Of a DNA stretch of 64,000 bases, positions 1-9,374 are shown in pieces. A model generated the notes under the pieces. That model had not been told where the DNA came from. It ran no database searches and was given only the letters and a program-made list of their open reading frames with translations. The position numbers and the translations under genes were made by a program. Position 1 is the stretch's first letter; the number at the start of each line of letters is the position of its first letter. Source of the stretch: an uncultured Gemmatimonadaceae bacterium (lineage in GTDB: Bacteria > Gemmatimonadota > Gemmatimonadetes > Gemmatimonadales > Gemmatimonadaceae); the NCBI GenBank assembly GCA_963829055.1, contig CAWHHI010000011.1, positions 224,001 to 288,000 on the forward strand, read 5' to 3'.

Positions 1-658
1 GACGGCGGCCGGCTACACTGCAGTGTGGGCTACGGGCAACACACGCGCCGAGTTGTTCGACGCGATGATGCGCCGCGAGACCTACGCGACGAGCGGTCCC
101 CATATGACCGTCCGCTTCTTCGGCGGCTACGACTTCACGCGGGCCGACGCTACGCGCACCCCCGCGGCCACGGGCTACGCGAAGGGTGTCCCGATGGGCG
201 GCGATCTCCCCGCTGCCCCCCCCGGGAAAGCGCCAACGTTCCTGGTCGCCGCGCTCAAGGACGTCCGGAGCGGCAACCTCGATCGCATCCAGATCATCAA
301 AGGCTGGGTCGACAAGAGCGGACAGACGCACGAGAAGATCTTCGACGTGGTCTGGGGCAACAGGGACCGACGGAAGATCGTGAATGGCAGACTGACGCCG
401 GTCGGCAACACGGTGGACGTGGCCACCGCCACGTGGACGAACACCATCGGCGACCCGGAACTGGTCACCGTGTGGCGTGATCCGGAATTCGATCCGTCGG
501 TTCGGGCGGTGTACTACGCGCGGGTGCTGGAGATCCCCACCCCACGGTGGACCGCGTACGACGCCGCGTACTTCAAGATCAAGATCGGGGATCCGAAAGC
601 ACCGATGACGACGCAAGAGCGCGCATTCACCTCGCCAATCTGGTACGCGCCGAAGTAG
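1..658 (+). CDS. DUF3604 domain protein, C-terminal part (5' end outside window)
   Basis: Recognised family motifs [55 protein letters not shown]; followed by PPIase and HupE/UreJ genes, a usual neighbourhood. Confidence 0.85.
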   Translation, partial: TAAGYTAVWATGNTRAELFDAMMRRETYATSGPHMTVRFFGGYDFTRADATRTPAATGYAKGVPMGGDLPAAPPGKAPTFLVAALKDVRSGNLDRIQIIKGWVDKSGQTHEKIFDVVWGNRDRRKIVNGRLTPVGNTVDVATATWTNTIGDPELVTVWRDPEFDPSVRAVYYARVLEIPTPRWTAYDAAYFKIKIGDPKAPMTTQERAFTSPIWYAPK

Positions 659-666
659 AGGCCGTC

Positions 667-1509
667 GTGCGCATCCGAAAAATGCTCAGCGAGCCGATGC
701 TCCACTTCATGGTGATGGGCATTGTGCTTTTCGCGGTTTACCAGTGGAGGGCGCCTGCGGACACCACCGGACACCGCCTCGTCATTACTCAGGGCGTGGT
801 GGACGATCTCGTCACTCAGCACGTGGCAGCGCGGGGCCGAAAACCCTCCGACGTCGAGTTGCACCATCTGATCGACGGCTACGTGCGGGAGGAGATCCTC
901 TACAGGGAAGGCATAGCGCTGGCGCTGGACCGCGACGACATCGTCGTGAAGCGCCGTGTCCGCCAGAAGCTCGAGGTCATGGCGGAGGAACAAGCGTCGA
1001 CGGCCGCTCCGAGCGACGCGCAGTTGTCGGCGTACATGGCTGCCAACCCCGACCGGTTCAGAAAGCCGCCGATCATCACCTTCGAGCAAGTATTCCTCGG
1101 CCCGGTGACATCGGAACTGGCGGTCCTGCCCGTCGCGAGTGTGGGCCGCGATACCCGTGAGCGCGAGTTCGACCCGGTGAAGCTCGGGCGACCCACGCTG
1201 CTACCGGAGAGAATGACCGAGACCGAGTCCCCGATTATCGCGCGCACCTTCGGGCGGGCGTTCGCGTCGGCATTGGAAGAGGCGAACGTCGGCGTGTGGA
1301 CCGGACCGCTCCCATCGGCGTTCGGGGCGCACTACATCCGAGTGTCTGCGCGCACGACGGCCGTGATGCCTCAGTTGTCCGAGGTCCGCGACCTCGTTGT
1401 CCGGGAGTGGGAGAATGCGCGGCGCCAGCGGGCACGCGACGAGAGCTATGCGAAGCTGCGCCGCAGGTATGACGTCAGCATCGAAGCGAAGCCGTCGGCT
1501 GGAACAGCC
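667..1509 (+). CDS. PpiC/parvulin-like peptidyl-prolyl isomerase family membrane protein (reads in frame into HupE/UreJ)
   Basis: GTG at 667; EPMLHF plus N-terminal TM, REEILYREG..L.LD.DD.VV.RR..QK, W.GP..S.FG.H. No stop before the HupE ATG at 1510. Confidence 0.75.
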
Positions 1510-2517
1510 ATGAGAAGGCAGGCGCTGCTCTTCGTCACGCTTGCGTTGCTGTGCGCCGCCAGCGTCCCGGCTCGCGCCGACGAGTTCAAGCCGGCCTATC
1601 TCCAGCTCACGCAGATCGACGGCCAGACGTACGACGTCCTCTGGAAAATCCCGGCGACGGATGAATCGACGACGCTGAAAGTGACGCCGCAGTTCCCCGA
1701 GGGAACCGAGGTGCTGACCAGCGTGCGCAGTACATATTCGCGCGGGGTCACCGTGCAGCGCTGGCGCGTGCGTGTGCCGGGCGGGCTCGACGGGAAACCC
1801 GTGACCTTCTCCAATCTGTCGGAAACAAGGATTGACGTGCTGGCGCGGCTGGCGCGGCTCGACGGCACCGTGCAACTCGAGCGCATCCTACCGGTGAGCC
1901 CGCGATTCATCGCGAAGCCAAGTCCCGGACCACTGGAAGTCCTGAGGACGTACACCGTGCTCGGTATCGAGCACATTCTCACCGGGTACGATCACCTGCT
2001 GTACGTCCTCGCGATGTTGCTCCTCGTCAACGGCTGGCGGCGCATCGTCGCCACGATGTCGGCGTTTACCGCGACCCACAGCCTAACGCTGACCGCTGCC
2101 GCCCTTGGCTGGGTCCACGTCCCGCAGCCGCCGGTCGAAGCGTGCATTGCCCTGAGCATCCTCTTCGTCGCGCGCGAGATCGTGCAGCTGCAGCGCGGGC
2201 AGCCCGGGATCACCGCGCGCTGGCCGTGGGTCGTGTCGTTCACGTTCGGGCTGATGCACGGACTTGGTTTCGCGGGGGCCTTGGCGGAGGTCGGACTACC
2301 GCAGTCGTCGATCCCGATCGCGCTGCTCTTTTTCAACGTCGGCGTCGAGATCGGACAGCTCCTCTTTGTCGGCGCCGTGCTGACGCTGATTGCCCTGGGT
2401 TGGAAGGCCGTACGACAGTTCAGACTGCCGCCGCCTGTCTGGTTGTGGCGAGTCGCGCCGTATGCGATTGGCGCCGTCGCCAGCTTCTGGGTGGTCGAAC
2501 GCGTGGCGAAATTCTAG
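1510..2517 (+). CDS. HupE/UreJ family membrane protein
   Basis: Own signal peptide MRRQALLFVTLALLCAASVPARA; LGIEHILTGYDHLL, FTATHSLTL, FGLMHGLGFA, FNVGVEIGQL. Confidence 0.85.
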   Translation: MRRQALLFVTLALLCAASVPARADEFKPAYLQLTQIDGQTYDVLWKIPATDESTTLKVTPQFPEGTEVLTSVRSTYSRGVTVQRWRVRVPGGLDGKPVTFSNLSETRIDVLARLARLDGTVQLERILPVSPRFIAKPSPGPLEVLRTYTVLGIEHILTGYDHLLYVLAMLLLVNGWRRIVATMSAFTATHSLTLTAAALGWVHVPQPPVEACIALSILFVAREIVQLQRGQPGITARWPWVVSFTFGLMHGLGFAGALAEVGLPQSSIPIALLFFNVGVEIGQLLFVGAVLTLIALGWKAVRQFRLPPPVWLWRVAPYAIGAVASFWVVERVAKF

Positions 2518-2558
2518 CCAGGCGCCTGCTGAAGTACCGCTTCTAGAGTGCGCGACTG

Positions 2559-3406
2559 CTACCACTGGACGCGGCTGAGGTAAGGGTTCAGTCGGAGCGC
2601 CAACGTTTCGATCCAGGACGCTTTCTTAGGTGAGAACACGAACCGTTCAGCGCCACTTGCGATACGACGGTTGATCTCCTTAACGAGTGCGGCCTTGGCG
2701 GTGGCGCGGTACACCGCGCCCGGCTCACCTTGATAACTGCCGAGCAACCCAAGATTCGACCCGAGAGGGACTGTCAACTCCGACTGGTCAGTCCCAACAC
2801 CGACAGAATCGAAGAAAAAGCTGGGGTTGTCGGTAGTGAACAGGAACAGCGACCTAGGGACGTCTACGAGTCGCCAGGTCATACGCCGAATGGCATCGAC
2901 GGTGCGGGCGCTAGGCCACGGCTCGGCGAGTTCGCGGCGAATGAAAGCGGGTGTCTGTCGCTGGTAGTCTCGTTCGATCCGTTCAAGAACATCGAGCATC
3001 GCCCCGACTCGCTCAGAGTTGTCTTCTGTCGTGAGTTCCGCGAGCTCCCGCCGGGTGTCCGCCAAACTCGATTGAAGCACCTTGGGAAACAATTCCTCGC
3101 CTTTGCGACGCCGTCGGGGCACGCGCATGATCATGGCCGCGAGATAATAGGCGAATGCGTCCCGGCCACTCGAATCCAGCGTTTCGCCACGGCGGAGCCT
3201 ATCGAGTGCCCGATGGCCAGGAGCCTCGACTTCTATCGCGAGCCGTCGTTCTACGTCCGGCGCGTAGTAGTCAGGTTCTTGAGCCACCTTCGCGATGGCT
3301 GCGTGAGACCATCGGCAAGTTTTCTTGTCGAAAAGCCAGACGTGCGAACGGTCGGGTGTCGTCGCGAACCGCGCAGGAACTCTTGTGGGACGTAGTGCTT
3401 TCCCAT
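2559..3406 (-). CDS. DUF4238 domain protein, one frameshift near 3370
   Basis: ATG at 3406 gives MGKHYVPQEFLRG (family H-Y-V-P start motif), then a shift into the 2559..3455 frame containing FTTDNP. Appears lower in GC than its flanks. Confidence 0.75.
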
Positions 3407-3829
3407 CGACGGCCTGTCGGGGCTTTAGGCGGTTCCATGCGACCATGCGAGCCATGGCACATCACCGACAACAAACGGCTTCTCGATCGCGGCGAAATGG
3501 TGGGAGCGCAGAATGCGCTGCCGTCACGCGAGATTGAGCCAAGACAATACGGTTCCGCCCGAAGACAACGTACCACGTAACGTGGCGCGGGATGAGCAGC
3601 TCGCTGAATAAACCGCGACGTCACCATCGCGACCACATCGGATTTCGAACCTGATCGAGGGTTAAGCGCGGTCGGCGGAAACTATTACCCAACTTGCGTG
3701 TCCGTCACGTTGTAGTTGAAGCCCCACGCTGCACGCAAGCCGTTTCCCACGGCCTATGGCTCATCGCGACGAACTATTCGGTCAGGAGAGATCCGTCAGT
3801 AAGCGGCCGAGCGACTGACGCAAGGGCCG

Positions 3830-4540
3830 TCAATCGATCGCGCCTTGGATGCCAAGCGGATGAGCGGCCGGTATCGATTCCGGCGCGCGGGCCGCACGAA
3901 GGCGATCGTACACGCGGGCAGCAACCGCCATACCCGTCAACGGAGCGACCCAGTACAGCCAATGCGACGCCCACAGGCCACCGACGAACGCTGGACCTAA
4001 CGAGCGGGCGGGATTCATTGACGCGCCCGTGAGTGGCCCGCCGACCAGCGCACAAAACCCGACGGTGAGCCCGACCGCGAGCGGCGCGAAACCGTCGGCG
4101 ACGCGATCGTCGGTCGCCACCGCCATCACGACGAACATCAACACGAAGGACAGCAGCCACTCGATGCCGAACGCCCGAGCGACTGCCACCGATGGGAGAG
4201 TCGCGCCCATTTGCCCTACGGGGCCCAGCACCGCCCGAAGGACCACCGACGCGGCAATGGCCCCGATACACTGCGCGATGACGTACGGGAGAACGTCTCG
4301 CGACGGGAATCGTCCGACCGACCAGAAGGCGACCGTGACGGCTGGGTTAATGTGGGCGCCCGAGAGGTGGCCGAGCGCGAACACCATCGCGATCACGACG
4401 AATGCGAACGCGAGCGAGACGCCGACATGGCCGACTGCGCCGTGAGACCACGCGTTGACCATCACCGCGCCTGGCCCGACGAGTACGAGGAAGAACGTCC
4501 CGATTGCTTCCGCCGTGAGCCGACGACCGTCCAGTCTCAT
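3830..4540 (-). CDS. MIP family aquaporin/aquaglyceroporin, likely arsenical channel
   Basis: Two NPA motifs (SGAHINPAVT, GASMNPARS), multiple TM segments; last gene of the ars cluster. Confidence 0.92.
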   Translation of the reverse strand: MRLDGRRLTAEAIGTFFLVLVGPGAVMVNAWSHGAVGHVGVSLAFAFVVIAMVFALGHLSGAHINPAVTVAFWSVGRFPSRDVLPYVIAQCIGAIAASVVLRAVLGPVGQMGATLPSVAVARAFGIEWLLSFVLMFVVMAVATDDRVADGFAPLAVGLTVGFCALVGGPLTGASMNPARSLGPAFVGGLWASHWLYWVAPLTGMAVAARVYDRLRAARAPESIPAAHPLGIQGAID

Positions 4541-4622
4541 GTTCGTGTGTGGCAGGGTAAGCCTGGAGGAACGTTAGTATGACCTTCACTATGTCTGCTT
4601 CACGCCTTGCGGCGAACACGGC

Positions 4623-5396
4623 CTAACGCGTCGGAGCTACGATGTTCTCTAGCTTCCCGCCCGACCGGAGGTAATCGGCAAACTCGTGGGGTAGATCGCT
4701 TTCGAGAATGGCACGGGCGGTACGCTCCACGTCGTACTCGACTCGCACGAACTCGACGCGCGGTTGACCGTCGCCGACATCGAGCAACACGTAACCCGCC
4801 CGCCAGTCTCCGTCCTTCGGCCGACCCACGCTCCCCGTGTTCACGAAGTGGATGCCCTCGACTTCTCGATGCCACGGCTTGTGCGTGTGGCCAAAACACA
4901 CCACGTCACCCGCCTTGGCGCCAGCATGCTGCGCCATCTTCGAGCAGAAGGAGTCGGGCCGGTCCTGGTCCCAGTAGAGCGTGTTGAGCGTCGGCGTACC
5001 GTGGACCAGAATGACCGTAGGACCAGCGGTGTGCCCGCCTAACGGCTTCACGTCCATGCGGAATGGCAGTGCGCCTAGATGACCCTTGGCTTCGGAGGAG
5101 GTGTGGCGCCTGGTCCAGTCGTAGCTCGAGTGCGACAGCTCCTCCTGGCGCGGGTCCTCGTACCGGCAGCCGCAGTGCTTGTAGTCCGCGGCCACCGTCG
5201 AGTCGTAGTTGCCCGCGATGCCCGCGATGCCGTTCGCACGGAGCAGCTCGACCGTCTCGTTAGGCCACGGCGCGTACCCGACGAGGTCACCGAGATGATA
5301 CGTGGCAGCGATACCCGGACGGCCGGCAATGTCCGCGAGCACCGCTTCGAGCGCGGGGAGGTTCGCGTGAATGTCCGAAATGAGTGCGTAGCGCAT
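4623..5396 (-). CDS. Calcineurin-like metallophosphoesterase, ars-operon associated
   Basis: SDIHAN, LGDLVGY, GNYD, VHG, FGHTH, NTGSVG motifs; extra CGC motif. Confidence 0.9.
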   Translation of the reverse strand: MRYALISDIHANLPALEAVLADIAGRPGIAATYHLGDLVGYAPWPNETVELLRANGIAGIAGNYDSTVAADYKHCGCRYEDPRQEELSHSSYDWTRRHTSSEAKGHLGALPFRMDVKPLGGHTAGPTVILVHGTPTLNTLYWDQDRPDSFCSKMAQHAGAKAGDVVCFGHTHKPWHREVEGIHFVNTGSVGRPKDGDWRAGYVLLDVGDGQPRVEFVRVEYDVERTARAILESDLPHEFADYLRSGGKLENIVAPTR

Positions 5397-5423
5397 AGAC
5401 CTCCCGGAATGGCGGAATCGCGG

Positions 5424-5531
5424 TTATTTGGCGGCGATCTCGCTCCGTGCCGCGTTATGCGTGAAGACGAAGAGCATGCACCGACGCGGGGATGAGTCGT
5501 CGCGCAGCTCACCCCGTACCGAGTCGGCCAT
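5424..5531 (-). pseudogene. arsC: Truncated arsenate reductase (LMW-PTP type ArsC) relic, 35 aa
   Basis: Manual translation MADSVRGELRDDSSPRRCMLFVFTHNAARSEIAAK*; LFVFTHNAARS matches the LFVCxxNxxRS P-loop with Phe at the catalytic Cys position; sits inside the ars operon. Confidence 0.7.
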
Positions 5532-5533
5532 GG

Positions 5534-6001
5534 CTAGGTGTCGGTTGGACTGCACGCTCGACACATGACCACGGCCGACGCGGGGCATGCACTCGTAAAC
5601 TCATCGGTGGCGCGCACGTCGGCGGGAACTTGGTCACGCCCGACCGGCTGGAAGCCGAACTTCGGGAAATACTGGTCGGCAGTAGTGGTCAGCAGGTACA
5701 AGGCCGAGATGCCGCGCGCCTCCGCGTCGCCGATCACGCGGGTGACCAGCGCGCGACCGACGCCGTGCGAGCGCCACTCGTCGGCGACGGCAACGGAGCG
5801 CAGCAGCGCGTTGTTGCAGCAGACTTCGAGACCCGCGACGCCCACGATGTCGTCACCGGCTTGGGCAACGACGAACGTCGGGAACGCGTCGCGGAGACCG
5901 TCCAGCGGAAGCCCGCTCTGAGTGACCAGGCGCTCGACGGCGGGAAGGTCGGCGGGTGTCGCTGCGCGTACGTGCGCGCTGAGTGTTGGCGTAGCGCTCA
6001 T
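5534..6001 (-). CDS. arsN2: Arsenic resistance N-acetyltransferase ArsN2 (ArgA-like GNAT)
   Basis: LLRSVAV, YLLTTTA..YF...GF, EF...CPASAVVM; directly downstream of arsM. Confidence 0.85.
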   Translation of the reverse strand: MSATPTLSAHVRAATPADLPAVERLVTQSGLPLDGLRDAFPTFVVAQAGDDIVGVAGLEVCCNNALLRSVAVADEWRSHGVGRALVTRVIGDAEARGISALYLLTTTADQYFPKFGFQPVGRDQVPADVRATDEFTSACPASAVVMCRACSPTDT

Positions 6002-6031
6002 GGTGTAGGCTCCGTGGCCAGATGGTTGTTC

Positions 6032-7021
6032 TTATCGGCAGCAGCCGTCGTCGCAACCGCAGTCGCGAGTCGCGTTAGGCTTCGGCTGCCTGGATGTCGC
6101 TGCGACGGGCGCAGTGGCGACGCTCGGCACACGCGGGCCAGGCTTCGTCGCCCGGACGAACCCGCTCATGATCTTGCCCTCGACCGCGTCCGCGAGCGAC
6201 ACGTCCAGGCCCGCGCCTTCCAGCAGCGCAGCGGCGTCTTCGCGGGTGTAGACACGCGTCGGCTCAATGGTCGCGTTCTCGAATCCTGCCTCCGTGAGGA
6301 GCGCGATGAAGTCGCGTTCTTCCAGTGCGCCCGCCACACAACCCGTCCAGAGCGGCATGCTGTCACGGACTGCAGTTGGCAGGCCCTCGCGTACGATGAC
6401 GTCGCTCACCGCGAACCGTCCGCCCGCCTTGAGCACGCGGAACGCCTCGTTGACGACCTTTCGCTTGTCGCCGGAGAGGTTGATGACGCAGTTGGAGATG
6501 ATGACGTCCACCGTGTTCGACGGCAGCGGAATCGCCTCGATGTGGCCCTTGAGGAACTCGACGTTCGTCGCCCCAGCCTTCTGCTTGTTCTCGACGGCCA
6601 GCGCGAGCATCTCGTCGGTCATGTCCACGCCGTACACCTTCCCTGTGGGTCCGACGCGCTTCGCGGACAGCAGCACGTCGATGCCGCCTCCCGAGCCCAG
6701 ATCGAGCACGGTCTCGCCCTCGCGCAGTTCGGCGAGCGCGGTGGGGTTGCCGCAGCCTAACGACGCCAGCAGCGCCGTCTCGGGCACCTGGCCCGCTTCC
6801 AGCGAGTCGTACAGGTCCGCCGTGATCGGGTCGCGGGTATCACTCGCGGAGCCGCAGCACGCCACCGCGCCAGCAGCCGGGCCGCAACAGCTCGCCGACG
6901 TTGCGCCTTGGGCGATACTCGACGCGACGGCGCCGTAGCGGGCCTGCACGGTGCTTCGGATGTCCTCCAGCGTGGTTGTCCCGGCCGTCGGAACGGAGCC
7001 TGCCGAATTCTGGCCTTGCAT
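6032..7021 (-). CDS. arsM: Arsenite S-adenosylmethionine methyltransferase
   Basis: LGCGNP, VLDLGSGGGID, GVDMTDEM, ISNCVINL, WTGCVAGAL; Cys pairs at both termini; AGGAGA RBS. Confidence 0.95.
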   Translation of the reverse strand: MQGQNSAGSVPTAGTTTLEDIRSTVQARYGAVASSIAQGATSASCCGPAAGAVACCGSASDTRDPITADLYDSLEAGQVPETALLASLGCGNPTALAELREGETVLDLGSGGGIDVLLSAKRVGPTGKVYGVDMTDEMLALAVENKQKAGATNVEFLKGHIEAIPLPSNTVDVIISNCVINLSGDKRKVVNEAFRVLKAGGRFAVSDVIVREGLPTAVRDSMPLWTGCVAGALEERDFIALLTEAGFENATIEPTRVYTREDAAALLEGAGLDVSLADAVEGKIMSGFVRATKPGPRVPSVATAPVAATSRQPKPNATRDCGCDDGCCR

Positions 7022-7036
7022 GGTGTCTCCTTGTCA

Positions 7037-7052
7037 ATCAAAAAATGTTGAT
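7037..7052. promoter_or_regulatory. ArsR operator, perfect ATCAA-N6-TTGAT, between arsR and arsM
   Basis: ATCAA aaaatg TTGAT just upstream of the arsM RBS; a near copy lies in the arsR promoter. Confidence 0.75.
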
Positions 7053-7077
7053 GAATTGGGCCCAAAAAAAGAGCCGG

Positions 7078-7416
7078 TCAGCCGCAGCAAGTCCCTTTCC
7101 CGGCGATTGGAAGTGCGCCGCGCGCAGGCTGCAAGCTGACGGCGAGGTCGTGCACCTCCGCGAGGGCATCAGGAACGATCCGGTAATAGGACCAGCGACC
7201 TTCGCGACGATCGGCGACCAATCCAGCATCTCTGAGTACCCGGAGGTGGAACGACAGCCGCGACTGTGCTGCTTCCAGCTCGTCCTGAAGCTCGCACACG
7301 CACAGCTCCCCGCCCCGTAGCATGCGCAGGATCGCGATGCGTGTCGCATCGCTGAGCGCGTGGAACAGCGTGACGGCGCGATCGGCGTCGAGGTCGGAAC
7401 GAGTTGCCGTGGTCAT
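7078..7416 (-). CDS. arsR: ArsR/SmtB family arsenic-responsive repressor
   Basis: ELCVCEL, QSRLSFHLRVLRDAGLV..RREGRW.YY; C-terminal CCG. Confidence 0.95.
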   Translation of the reverse strand: MTTATRSDLDADRAVTLFHALSDATRIAILRMLRGGELCVCELQDELEAAQSRLSFHLRVLRDAGLVADRREGRWSYYRIVPDALAEVHDLAVSLQPARGALPIAGKGTCCG

Positions 7417-7424
7417 TGCGAGAA

Positions 7425-7454
7425 ATGATACATCAAGAAAAGTTGTTTTGTCAA
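7425..7454 (-). promoter_or_regulatory. Sigma70-type promoter of the ars operon with operator in the spacer
   Basis: Minus strand TTGACA (7454-7449), 18 bp, TATCAT (7430-7425); ATCAA-gaaaag-TTGTT at 7432-7447; ATG only 8 nt after the -10. Confidence 0.75.
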
Positions 7455-7520
7455 GTAATTGCGCACGGGATGACTCAGAACACAGCTCCAGCGCTCAAAG
7501 CGGAGTAGGACTGCGATTCC

Positions 7521-8399
7521 TCACTTCGTTCGGAATGGCAGTCCTGTGCAACGCATGCCCCCGCTCGCGAGCAACTGCTCGAAGCGTGGATTTGACCGCA
7601 ACGGATCGAAGAGCGGGTCACACGGCAGGCTCAGCTCCGTGGCCAGCATGTCACGGCGCTCAACCATGCGTCGCACCGCCGACAGCGCCGCCGCCGAGTC
7701 ACCTGCGCCCGCCGCGGCCACCGCGAAATCGTAGCCGTTGACGCGCCCCGCGGTGTAACCGCGCTGCAGCGCCGCGTACTCGGCATCCGCTTCGCGAATA
7801 CGGCCGAGGGTCCGATATGCCACGCTGAGATACGCCCGCATGTCGTAGACGAGGCCCAGTCGGCGAGCGGTCTCGAACGCACTCACCGCACTGTCCGCCC
7901 GTCCCTGAGCGAGCTGGATCATACCCTGAAACCACTAGAAGTCGTTCCTCGTGCTGTCGAGCGCGAAAGCGCGGCGCACCTCGGAGCGTGCGTCGTGGTA
8001 CCGTCGCCCTCGGATCGATGAACGGCAGTACGCCGAGGGAGCGTACTGCTCGTGCAGCGCTCGGGGTGATCGCGCGGCCACCAGACACCGGCAACGTTGG
8101 CGACGACTACCACGGCGACGGCAACGACGCCAGCCGTTCGACGCGAGGCCGTTGCCGCTCCCGCCGGGCATGCCCCAGGCGCGTGCCGGAAGCGGCGGTG
8201 TCGTTCGGAACGCGGACCAGCGCACCGGCGTTAGGCGGCCGCGCGACCTCGCTCCGATGCGCGGCGACCGTGGATTGGGCGCTCGTGTGAGCCGCGAACG
8301 GATGCCGACCCGTCAGCAGCTCGTAGGCCCCACGCCCCAGGCGTAGATGTCGGCACGTTCGTCCACGCCCGCGTCCCCGAGCGCCTGTTCGGGCGCCAT
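7521..8399 (-). pseudogene. Decayed Ser/Thr kinase-TolB-like-TPR gene
   Basis: Fragments in different frames: MAPEQALGDAGVDERADIYAWGV and AYELLTGRHPF (kinase subdomains VIII-IX), SLGVLPF, TPR-like tail ending DPLFDPLRSNPRFEQLL; N-lobe and internal parts missing. Confidence 0.7.
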
Positions 8400-8454
8400 A
8401 CGAGCACAGTGGCGATCCGCCGGTGGAAGCGAGCCTGCCCGAGCCCCTTCGAGT

Positions 8455-9179
8455 TCATCGGAGGACCTCGACGATGGTCACGCTGAACGGGAGGTAGAAA
8501 TCCGGGCCGGTGTGCGTGAGCGCGTTGTGCCCTACGCTGTAGCAGCCGGCGATATGAGTTCCCCGGGACTCGACCCTCCACGTGCCGGCGACTCGGCTCG
8601 TGCTTCCGCTGATGCGGGTCACAGTGACACCGCTCCCAAGGTCGGCGGCGCTGTAGCGGAGACGTCCGCAGTTTGCGATGCCGTCAACTGGTCCCCATCC
8701 CACATCCTGCGCGCGGCTTTCCCCAATCGCGAGTTGCATGACCTCGCGGACTGTCGTGGTCCACGCGACCGCGAACGGACCGGCTCCGATATCGGCGGTG
8801 AGACGGCGCGGAGTGTTCTGACAGAGTGGCAATCCCTGATACTGCGGAGCGAAGAACGCGTCACCGGTGGCCGGAGGCGACGACTTGTACCAGCTGATGT
8901 TGGCCTCGACGCCGCATTGCGATTCTCCATCGTAGCCGGAGGCGTCGGTGGTCGCGTTGGCAACCGGCATCCCGGCGAGCCCTCGACCATCGCCGTACAG
9001 TCTGGCGTTCGTGATGCCGTCCGCGAGCACCCGATTGAAGAACCACTGCGCGCGTGAATCGGTCCCGGACACCGCTTTTGCGAAGACCGGTCCCAACGTA
9101 CTGCTGGTCGTGGCCCCGAAGGTGGATCCGTGCACGCTCCGAGGGCGCAGAGCATGATTGCGGCGATTTGACGGTTCAT
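8455..9179 (-). CDS. Hypothetical lipoprotein, one frameshift near 9100
   Basis: GGAG RBS, ATG 9179, MNRQIAAIMLCALGAC lipobox; body continues in the 8455..9234 frame. Confidence 0.65.
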
Positions 9180-9235
9180 GGTCGCTCCATTGCGTTTGGT
9201 GAAGGTGCGGTTTGCGCGAGCCAAACACTCCCACT

Positions 9236-9294
9236 ATCGTAGCGTGCGCCGGTGACCGGGCGGTGACCGTTAGGTCACCGCGTGGCGATACCTT
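9236..9294. promoter_or_regulatory. Divergent promoter with putative SARP/BTAD binding repeats
   Basis: CGGTGACCG at 9250 and 9261 (11-bp period) plus inverted GGTCACCG at 9273-9280; TAnnnT hexamers exactly 8 bp away on each strand. Confidence 0.6.
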
Positions 9295-9374
9295 GCGTCA
9301 TCAATGTGGCGACCAGGTTGCAGACGGTGATCGACGGGTGAGAACGACGGCGAACTCCTCAGAGGCGGGACCGT

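Noticed and set aside
5492..6760. Long antisense ORFs such as this 422-aa frame
   Set aside because: Shadow ORFs opposite real genes, expected in high-GC DNA; Arg/Ala-rich with no motifs.
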